Below are positions 56,482 to 64,000 of a stretch of DNA of 64,000 nucleotides, piece after piece (within the stretch, counting starts at the first letter, position 1; the number at the start of each line of letters is the position of its first letter). Source of the stretch: Treponemataceae bacterium (GTDB lineage Bacteria; Spirochaetota; Spirochaetia; Treponematales; Rectinemataceae); assembly GCA_963677895.2 (NCBI GenBank), contig CAXXGJ010000038.1, positions 606,826-670,825 on the forward strand, written 5' to 3'. The translations under genes were made by a program, and so were the position numbers. The notes below the pieces were generated by a model that saw only the letters and a program-made list of their open reading frames with translations, made no database searches and had not been told where the DNA came from.

Positions 56482-57372
56482 TCAGTCCTCCCCGCTCTTG
56501 AAAGCCTTGAGCTGAACGACAGAAAGAGCGGCCGAGATCAGGAAGATGACGACGGCGATCGTGGAGGCGTAGCCCATCATGTCCTTGAAAAAGCCCGACT
56601 GGTACATGTGCACCGCCAGCGTCACGGAACTCGTGCCCGGGCCTCCGCCCTTGGTGAGGATGTAGGGCTCGTTGAAGACGAGGAAGGATCCCGTCACCGT
56701 TATGACCGAGGTGACAAAGAACATTTCCTTGACCTGGGGAAGCGTGATGACGAAAAACCTGCGGAGCTTGCCAGCCCCATCGATTTCGGCGGCCTCGTAG
56801 AGTTCATCGGGAATCTTCTGGATCGCGACGATGAAGAGCATCATGACATAACCGACGCTCTGCCATTGGGAGACGGCTATCGTCGCCCAGATCGCCGTCT
56901 TTCCCGACCCAAGCCAGGGCCGGGCCCAGGAGCCGAGGCCGACGAGGGTGAGGAAGTTGTTGAGAATGCCGTCTATCGGGCTGTAGATGAAGCCGAAAAG
57001 CAGGCAGATTACGGAAATGGAGATGACGACGGGGAGGAAGAAGGTGGTGCGAAAGAAGGGCGATACCCGCCTCAGGGCTTTGTCCTCGAGGAGGGCCGCG
57101 AGAACAAGACCCCAACACACCTGGATGATGACGGAAACGATGGCGTAGCGGAGGTTGTTTCTCAGCGCCGTGAGGATGACGCCGTCCTTGAGCAGCATCC
57201 GGTAGTTCTCTAAGCCGATGAAAATCTTCTCGGGTGAGAAGGCCGAAAACCTGAAGAAGCTGTAAATCACGTTCTGCACGAGGGGATAATAGACGAATAT
57301 CCCCAGCATGAGGATGCAAGGCAGGACGAAGCCGAGGGGCTCCACCGTCGACCGAAGTCTTCTCGAGATCAT
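56482..57372 (-). CDS. Carbohydrate ABC permease
   Basis: GLENY, ELYEAAEIDGA, ITLP. Confidence 0.9.
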   Translation of the reverse strand: MISRRLRSTVEPLGFVLPCILMLGIFVYYPLVQNVIYSFFRFSAFSPEKIFIGLENYRMLLKDGVILTALRNNLRYAIVSVIIQVCWGLVLAALLEDKALRRVSPFFRTTFFLPVVISISVICLLFGFIYSPIDGILNNFLTLVGLGSWARPWLGSGKTAIWATIAVSQWQSVGYVMMLFIVAIQKIPDELYEAAEIDGAGKLRRFFVITLPQVKEMFFVTSVITVTGSFLVFNEPYILTKGGGPGTSSVTLAVHMYQSGFFKDMMGYASTIAVVIFLISAALSVVQLKAFKSGED

Positions 57373-57400
57373 GTAAAGGCTCCTCCCCTATCCATAAGCG

Positions 57401-57428
57401 AGGGGACGCGGGCTAGCCCGCGTCCCCT
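57401..57428. other. Perfect 28-bp palindrome between the SBP and permease genes
   Basis: AGGGGACGCGGGCTAGCCCGCGTCCCCT is self-complementary. Confidence 0.8.
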
Positions 57429-57444
57429 GATTCTAGCACAGCGC

Positions 57445-58716
57445 TTACTTTTTCGCTTCGCTTCTCACAATCTTGGCCGCGGCCTGGGCGTCGGCTATCA
57501 CCTGGTCGATGGTCTTGTCGCCCGTAGCGACGGCCTGCGAGCCGCGCATAAAGGCATCGGCGATCTTGATGTTGACCGCGTTGTCGAACCAGGGCATGGA
57601 ACCTTTTACGCTGAGGATGAGGTCGATCGCGCCCATGAGCGCCGGGTAGGAGTTATCCTTGTTGACGGCGCCGATGACGGCCACGGGAGCGCCCACATCC
57701 TTCACGAACTTGATCATGTTCTCCTTGGAGAGGAGGAATTTGAAGAATTTCTCGGCGGCTTCGGGATTTTTGCTGGTGTTGGACAGCATGAAGCCCTCGG
57801 GAGCTCCGGTGAGAAGCCCGGGGTCGCCTTTTCCATCGGCGAAAGCGGGGAAATTGAAGTAGCCGAATTCGGGTTTGGACTTGGCGTTGTTGATATAGGA
57901 GAACTCGGCCAGCTGGAGGTAGATCAGGGGGAGTTTCCCGGCGATGAACTGATTGCGCACTTCGGTGTGGCTCAAGGAGGTGGCGTTCGGCCCCATATAG
58001 CTCACGAGTTTCTGGAAGCGCTCCAGGACGACCTTGTAGCCGGGGTTGGTGAACTCACCGGTGGCTTCGGTGTAGTCTTTCGCGAGGACTTCGGCAGGGA
58101 GATAGCGCTGCAGCATCGTGCCCTGATAGTGGGAGATCGCCCAGGCATCGGAGAGGCCTTCGAGGAGGGGAACGGGATTTCCCTTGGCCTTGAGGGTATC
58201 GAGGACGGCGAGCAGCTCATCCCAGGTCTTGGGATCCTTCGTGATTCCGGCTTTAGCGAACATTTCCTTATTGTAGACGAAGACCTTGCCGTCGATCGTC
58301 AGCGGCATGCCGTAGGTTACGCCGTCGAAGCTGAAGGGCTTGATCTGGGACTGTATGAAGGAACTCGCGAAAGCTTTGTCCTTGGCGAGCATGTCGTTGA
58401 GGGGTTTGACCTTCCCGGATTTCACGAGGTTGGCTGCGAAGCTGTCGGACCAGGACAGGAAGACGTCGGGGACGTCGTTCGAGGAGATGAGTACGCGGAT
58501 TTTCTCCTTGTAGGCGTCGTTGACGACGCTGTCCATCTCGATCTTGATGTTGGGATTCTGCTTCTCGAACTCGGCCACTACCTGGTTGAAGTAGCTGAAT
58601 CGCGGTTCCATCGGCCAGCGGTGGAAGAAGCGGATCGTTACCTTGCCGCTCTGCGCCGCAGCGAAAGACACTGTCATGGCGAGCAGGACAGATACGGCTA
58701 AAAGTTTCTTGAACAT
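57445..58716 (-). CDS. Carbohydrate ABC substrate-binding protein (FrlO-like)
   Basis: Signal peptide; FE..NP.I, PDVF, YG.P, YNK..F, P.TW.EL. Confidence 0.88.
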   Translation of the reverse strand: MFKKLLAVSVLLAMTVSFAAAQSGKVTIRFFHRWPMEPRFSYFNQVVAEFEKQNPNIKIEMDSVVNDAYKEKIRVLISSNDVPDVFLSWSDSFAANLVKSGKVKPLNDMLAKDKAFASSFIQSQIKPFSFDGVTYGMPLTIDGKVFVYNKEMFAKAGITKDPKTWDELLAVLDTLKAKGNPVPLLEGLSDAWAISHYQGTMLQRYLPAEVLAKDYTEATGEFTNPGYKVVLERFQKLVSYMGPNATSLSHTEVRNQFIAGKLPLIYLQLAEFSYINNAKSKPEFGYFNFPAFADGKGDPGLLTGAPEGFMLSNTSKNPEAAEKFFKFLLSKENMIKFVKDVGAPVAVIGAVNKDNSYPALMGAIDLILSVKGSMPWFDNAVNIKIADAFMRGSQAVATGDKTIDQVIADAQAAAKIVRSEAKK

Positions 58717-58822
58717 GAAAGCCTCCTATGTATCGTGCTGCCCCGCGCCAGGCGCGAGGCGTAGCTACCTACCGTAAATGCCCGAACGAGGGCTTGAACC
58801 CGCGTTCGGACCATCGCGACGA

Positions 58823-59797
58823 TCAGTATTCCATTTTCCACATATAGCGACGCACCGAAAGAGGATGCCCGCGGTGTTCGGCCAGACGCTCGGCGTAGAC
58901 GCGGAGCACGGCGCCGAAGATCGGCGCCGAGAGGTAACTCTTCAGGCTCGCGTCGATGCCGGTCCAGTCGAAACCTTCGGCATCCACCACCGTCACCTTC
59001 TTCGAGAATTTCGTCGCGAAGGCGAGCGCCCGCTCGTCCAGCGGCCTCGTCTCCCCCGCCGTCTTCATGAGAAGGAAGGGAACGTCGTAATCCGTGATCT
59101 CGAAGGGTCCATGGAAATATTCGCCCGAGTGGATGGCGGCGGAGTGGACCCACTGCATCTCCTGGAGGAGGCAGATGGCGAAGGAATAGGCCTCGCCGTA
59201 GACAGGGCCGGAAGCCATGGTATAGACGATGGGCTCGCGCTTGTGGCTCGAGCCGAAAACATCGGCGGCGGCGGCGAACTTGGCCTTGTTGCGGGCGAAA
59301 ATGTCCTGAAGGCCTTTGATGTTCTCGAGAGCCGTCTTGTAGAGCGGCTTGGGCTGGATCGCGTCGAGGATGCCGAACATGAAGCGGAGCGCCATGCCGG
59401 CGCGGTGCTCATAGGCGTCGGCCTCGGGACCCCAGTCGTAGTGGAGGTTGTATTCGGCGGCCAGCCAGAGGGGAGAATCCACCTTGAAGGAATAGGCGAC
59501 GGTGAGGGCGCCTTTCCGGCGCGCGAAGGCCGTAGCCTCGACGGTTTCGGGCGTGTTGCCCGAGTGGCTGCAGGTTATGACGAGGGAATCCTTCCCCAGC
59601 CCCTTGGGATCGCGATGGATGAACTCGTTGGAGGAAAGGACGAAGGAGGGGATCGCCGTTTCCCTGTCGATCAGGTACTGCTGATTGTACATATAGGCGA
59701 GAGAGCCGCCGCAGGCGACAAAGTAAATATTTTTGGGATTTCTCCGCTTCACAGCCTCAATAGCCTGGACTAGCAATGCTCCATGGTCGACGGTCAT
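58823..59797 (-). CDS. frlB: Fructosamine-6-phosphate deglycase (SIS domain)
   Basis: VACGGS, SHSGNTPET, C.L.EMQW, HSGE.FHGPFE, R.LDER, HPL..RRYM. Confidence 0.92.
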   Translation of the reverse strand: MTVDHGALLVQAIEAVKRRNPKNIYFVACGGSLAYMYNQQYLIDRETAIPSFVLSSNEFIHRDPKGLGKDSLVITCSHSGNTPETVEATAFARRKGALTVAYSFKVDSPLWLAAEYNLHYDWGPEADAYEHRAGMALRFMFGILDAIQPKPLYKTALENIKGLQDIFARNKAKFAAAADVFGSSHKREPIVYTMASGPVYGEAYSFAICLLQEMQWVHSAAIHSGEYFHGPFEITDYDVPFLLMKTAGETRPLDERALAFATKFSKKVTVVDAEGFDWTGIDASLKSYLSAPIFGAVLRVYAERLAEHRGHPLSVRRYMWKMEY

Positions 59798-59812
59798 CGG
59801 GATTCCTCTCAT

Positions 59813-59877
59813 ATGTCATTATAATACATCTTATGATGTATTAAGTCGTATTGTATGTCGTTTTTTGGATTTGTCAA
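59813..59877 (-). promoter_or_regulatory. frl promoter and operator palindromes
   Basis: TTGACA (59877-59872)-16-TACAAT (59855-59850); inverted repeat TAATACATC-TTAT-GATGTATTA (59822-59843). Confidence 0.65.
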
Positions 59878-59918
59878 GACGAAAAAATGTAAAACGTCAT
59901 TTTTTTAAAAGACTTGTT

Positions 59919-60689
59919 CTAGCGCGCGGAAGCCGCCGGATATGCCGTGGGTATCTGCCCTATGCCGAACTCGACGCCGAAGGCCTCCTCGAGGAATTCC
60001 GGGGTGAGCACTTCGGAAGGGGAGCCCGTGCGCAGGAGCCGGCGCTGTCCAAGCATGAGGATGGTGTCGGCGAGGGAGCGCGCGAGCGCCATGTCGTGGG
60101 TGGTGAAGACGATGGTCTTGCCCTTGGAGGCCAGGGCGGCGAGCTCGCGCGCGACGCGCTGTGCGTTGGCGGGATCGAGGAGGGATGTCGGTTCGTCCAG
60201 GAGGAGGATTTCCGCTTCCTGGGCCAGGCAGCGCGCTATCCTGACGAGCTGGTATTCGCCGCCTGATAGTTCGCCCGCCCTGCGTCCGGCGAGGGATTCC
60301 AACCCCAGTTCCGCGAGGGCTCCGAGAGCCGCCGCTTCGTCGCCCGCGTCGGGCTGGGCGAGCGCCGCGATATGGGGAGCCCTGCCCATGAGGACGAACT
60401 CCAGCACCCTATAGTTGAAGGAAAGCCGCTCTATCTGGGGAAGGAAAGCGACCTTCCGGGCCAAGGCGCGCGGGGAAAACTCGCGCACGGAGCCGCCGTC
60501 GAGAAGCACGTCGCCGGTCTTGGGGATAAGTCTCCCGCCCAGAAGCGACAGGAGGGTCGTCTTGCCGGCGCCGTTGGCGCCGAGAATCGCAACCTTCTTC
60601 CCCTCGCCTACCCTGAACGAGACATCGTCGAGGATAGGACCTCCCGCCGCCCAGGAGAAAGAGAGGTTCCTGGCTTCGAGTTGCTTCAT
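59919..60689 (-). CDS. Iron-chelate/cobalamin ABC ATP-binding protein
   Basis: GANGAGKTT, MGR.PH, LSGGE.Q, LDEPTS.LD, HD. Confidence 0.9.
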   Translation of the reverse strand: MKQLEARNLSFSWAAGGPILDDVSFRVGEGKKVAILGANGAGKTTLLSLLGGRLIPKTGDVLLDGGSVREFSPRALARKVAFLPQIERLSFNYRVLEFVLMGRAPHIAALAQPDAGDEAAALGALAELGLESLAGRRAGELSGGEYQLVRIARCLAQEAEILLLDEPTSLLDPANAQRVARELAALASKGKTIVFTTHDMALARSLADTILMLGQRRLLRTGSPSEVLTPEFLEEAFGVEFGIGQIPTAYPAASAR

Positions 60690-61708
60690 TTAGTCAGCTC
60701 CGTCGAGCGGGAAGCCAGCAAGGCGGAGAAAGCGAGGGCGCCGAGCAGGGCGGTCACGATGCCCAGGGGCAACTCGCCGGGGAAAAGCGTCCGGGCGAGA
60801 CCGTCGGCAGCGAGGGCGAATATCGCTCCTCCCGCCATCGACAGGGGGATGGAATTTCTTCCGTCGGCGCCGGCGTAAAGCCTTGCCACATGCGGCACGA
60901 CGAGCCCAATCCACGAGACGATGCCGCAGGCGGCCGTCACCGCCGCGACGCCCGTGGCGGCGACCATCGCGATGGCCGCCCGCTCGATCTCCGGTCTCAA
61001 GCCCATCGAACGGCTCACTTCGTCGTCGAGGGACAGAAGCGTCGTCCGCCAGCGCATGAGGTAAAGAAACCCGAGGGAGAATATGGAGACGGGCGCAATC
61101 GTCCAGAACCGCTGCCATCCCATGGCCGTCAGCGAGCCCATCGTCCAGAAGACGATATCGGGCAGCTGGGACAGAGGATCGGCCACGTACTTCACGGCCG
61201 CGAGCAGGGAAGAGAAGAATGCTGAAACGGCCAGGCCCGCGAGAATGAGGCGCAGCACCTGTCCGCCGAATTTGAAGCGTTTCGAGAGGGCGAGGCTCGC
61301 TCCCAGCGCCGCGAGCGCCATGGCGAAGGATGAGAGCGAAACGAAGGCGTTGAGGGCGAACCCGGAGAAAAGGGCTTTGAGAGGCTGCCAGGATCCGGCG
61401 ACGAGCGCCAGTGCCGCCCCGAAAGCCGCGCCCTGGGAGACGCCGAGAAAGCCCGCGTCCACGAGAGGATTTCCGAAGATCGTCTGGAAAGCCGCCCCCG
61501 ACCCGCCCAGGACGGCCCCGAGGAGAATGGCTCCCAGGGCGCGCGGCAGCCTGATGGAGAGGAAAATGCGCCTCGCCGTCTCGTCGGAGAAAAGCAGGCT
61601 TGGTCTCATGAATCCCGGCCCGGGATATCGCCCCGCGAACAGGTAGAGCAAAAGGGCCGCCGTGAAAACGGCGGCGAAAGCGAAGCGGACCGACCGGAGG
61701 TTTTTCAT
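60686..61708 (-). CDS. FecCD/BtuC family permease
   Basis: IRLPR, Q..F.NPL, LGVS.GA, W.MGS, G.V.W.GL..PH, ELP.G. Confidence 0.9.
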   Translation of the reverse strand: MKNLRSVRFAFAAVFTAALLLYLFAGRYPGPGFMRPSLLFSDETARRIFLSIRLPRALGAILLGAVLGGSGAAFQTIFGNPLVDAGFLGVSQGAAFGAALALVAGSWQPLKALFSGFALNAFVSLSSFAMALAALGASLALSKRFKFGGQVLRLILAGLAVSAFFSSLLAAVKYVADPLSQLPDIVFWTMGSLTAMGWQRFWTIAPVSIFSLGFLYLMRWRTTLLSLDDEVSRSMGLRPEIERAAIAMVAATGVAAVTAACGIVSWIGLVVPHVARLYAGADGRNSIPLSMAGGAIFALAADGLARTLFPGELPLGIVTALLGALAFSALLASRSTELTK

Positions 61709-61728
61709 CGACTGAAGATTTCCCGGTT

Positions 61729-62819
61729 TCACTTGGCCAGGTCGCCGGCGAGCTTCGGCGCCACCGTGGCGTCGAAAGCGGCGGCGTCCATGCCGTACAT
61801 GGCCGAGAAAAACGCCCTCGCTTCTGCGAGGATGGGTTTGTCGGCGAACTGGGCTGGATAGAGCTTCCCCGCCATCCATTCGAGGCCAAGGATCCAGCGC
61901 GTATCGGGCTGGTCCCAGGAGTAGAAATCCTGGGCAAAGCCGTGGACGGCCCCGTTTTTTACCGCAGCGACGCGGGAAAGCCTCGCGTCGGATGAGAAAA
62001 TCCTCGCCGAACTCGCCGCGTCCGCCCTGTAGTTGACGACGAACACCGCGTCGGGATTCCAGGCCGCTATCTGTTCGGGATTCACCTTCGCCCAGCCCGA
62101 GCCGGGGTTGGCGCCTACCCAGACAGGGATGCCCCCGGCGAGCTCCACGAGCCTCGTCTGCATCCACGAAGCGGGAGGCACTTCCCACACGCCCTCGGTC
62201 GGGCTGGCCGCCTGGACGAGGAGAACCTTCGGTTTCGTGGTCTTGCCGGCGCCCGGAGCCGCGGATGCGCCCGGAGCCGGGGGGGCGCCCGGAGCCGCGA
62301 GGGTGCCCTGAGCCGCGCCCACGCGCTTCGAAACCTCGGCCAGCGCATTCTTATAGAAGGAAACGATCTCGTTGGCCCTCGCTTTCTGGCCCAGGAAATC
62401 GCCCAGCCGCGCGATATCGGCCTCATAGTCTTCGGGCGTTTCCAGGTTCAGGTAAATCTGCTTGATACCCAGCGCGTCGAGCGAAGGCCCGAGGCTCTTT
62501 TTCATCGCTGTTTTTAGTATCACCGTGTCGGGCTTGAGCGAGGCGTACACCTCCACGCCCGCGGTCTTGTCGATAACCGGCTTTTTCGGAAAACCGGTGT
62601 CGATGGCGGAAAGGAAGGTTCCCAACCCCTGGTCGGCTCCGGCCACGGCGATGACGCGCCTGCCCGCGTCGGGGAAAAGATATACGGCATCGGCGACCAT
62701 GATCACCGCTTTTCCCCGAGTACGAGACGCTGCTGGGCGAAAGGCGATGCCGTCACGACAAAGAATAAAAAAGCCGCGATGGCCGCTCTGGCGGTCTTTT
62801 TGATGTTATTTGTTTTCAT
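61729..62819 (-). pseudogene. Iron-chelate/cobalamin ABC substrate-binding protein, frameshifted after the signal peptide (real or sequencing error)
   Basis: MKTNN...FAQQRLVL signal peptide starts at 62819 in a different frame from GKAVIMVADAVY...EQIAAWNPD...WDQP; 1-nt loss near 62712-62719. Confidence 0.65.
62249..62315. repeat. 18-bp-period imperfect tandem repeat inside the SBP gene
   Basis: GCGCCCGGAGCCG at 62249, 62267, 62285 and a degenerate copy at 62303. Confidence 0.8.
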
Positions 62820-62860
62820 GCATCCCAGCCTACCTCGCGTATATCTCGACGTCAATGGAA

Positions 62861-64000
62861 CTACCCGCTTATATGCGACGCGACGAAAGCCCTGTATTCG
62901 CCGTTGGTATCCATGAGCTTTTCGTGGCGGCCGAATCCGGCGACGGAACCTTCCTTGAGGAAAAGCACCTTGTCCACGTACTGTATGCTCGAAAGCCGGT
63001 GGGAAACGGCGATGATCGTCGTGCCGCCCCTGTCGAGGGCCTTCCAGAGCCTCTCCTCGTTCTTCGTGTCGAGACTCGCCGTCATATCGTCCAGAAGGAG
63101 GAGCTCGGGCTCGCGGGCAAGCGCCCTCGCTATCGCGATGCGCTGCTTCTGCCCTCCCAGAAACGCTCACGCCGCGCTGGCCCAGCGGCGTTTTTTTCCT
63201 TGAGAGGGAAGGAACGGACCTCCTCGTCTATCTGGGCTGTTTCCGCCAGCTCCCAGAATCGTTCGGAGGAGAGGACCGGCGGGGTCCGCCTGACGCCGAA
63301 GGCCACGTTTTCCTCGATGGTTCCCGAAAAGAGCAAGGCTTCCTGGGGTACATAGCCGACGAGCGCCGCCCAATCGCTCTTTGAAAGTCCGGCAAGGGGA
63401 ATCCCGTTTACCGATATGCCGCCTTCCTGAGCTGGCAGGAGGCCGGCGATCATCTTCACGAGACTAGTCTTGCCGCAGCCTACAGGGACCTATGACGAGG
63501 AGGCGTTCGCCGCGCGCGAGCTCGAAGGAAACCTCCGAAACCGCGCGTTTCTCCCCTTCCCTTGTACCCGAAGGAAGCCTTCCTGACTTCGAGTTTCTCG
63601 AAACGCGAAATGGCGATGGGCGACGAGGTCTCAGGGGCGCGTGGGAATCTGCCTATTTCCTCCAGCCGGTCGATGTTGACGAAAGCCCTCTTGCCGAAAA
63701 TGAAAAGCTGTGGGAATGTCGAGGATCGGATAGATGAGGAGGTTGAGGTAATTGTAGAAGGCGTAGAACGTCCCTATGGTTATCTCTCCCTTCACCACCA
63801 TGAGGCCGCCCGCGAAGATGAGGGCGATCTGCGCCACATAATCGATATTCTGATAGATGAGGTTGAGGATCGTATCGAGTTTTATGACGTCCATCTCTGT
63901 CTTGTAGCGCCGCTCGAGGGCTTCCGAGAAGAATCGCTCGTACTTCGCCTCGCTGGCGAAGGCCTTGATGATTCTCGCGCCCGAAAAGCTCAGCTCGAGC
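62861..64000 (-). pseudogene. ABC exporter (MsbA/Mdl-like TMD-NBD) 3' part with about 4 frameshifts
   Basis: Fragments in different frames: G.ITIGTF, GPVGCGKT, YVPQEALLFSGTIEEN, SGGQKQRIAIARAL..DD.TASLD, VSHRLS. Confidence 0.7.

Noticed and set aside
55537..57213. 558-aa plus-strand ORF
   Set aside because: Antisense shadow of two ABC permeases

Overview
GC-rich, gene-dense bacterial window. It is probably from an anaerobic spirochaete, inferred from the polA-coaE-SPOR synteny and overall gene content; this is not proven. Left to right: (1) the end of a TRAP permease; (2) a 14.7-kb, single-strand, probably GntR-regulated catabolic operon of unknown substrate (Liv-type ABC importer, DRE-TIM homocitrate/isopropylmalate-synthase-like enzyme, butyrate kinase, phosphate acyltransferase, IolO-like epimerase, GntR, split UxaA dehydratase, Ldh2 dehydrogenase, LarA-family racemase, M20D amidohydrolase); (3) psuK-psuG-FAH pseudouridine catabolism; (4) J-domain gene, polA, coaE and a SPOR protein; (5) a ~29-kb anaerobic purine uptake and degradation cluster (BMP nucleoside ABC, ade, xdhAB, allantoinase-like, ygfK, ssnA, ygeY, 8-oxoguanine deaminase-like, ygfM-xdhD, ygeW). 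This cluster lacks recognisable dpaL/hyuA/carbamate kinase but carries two fold-type II PLP enzymes, an inverted Mrp plus DUF134-NifX module and an inserted HigBA-like toxin-antitoxin pair; (6) a transglutaminase-like lipoprotein; (7) a fructosamine (frl) utilisation operon; (8) an iron/cobalamin-type ABC importer and an ABC exporter, with several single-base frameshifts near the right edge. I found no rRNA, tRNA, CRISPR array, IS element or integrase. The best candidates for undescribed biology are the variant purine pathway with two PLP lyases and the unknown hydroxy-acid/acyl-CoA catabolic operon.
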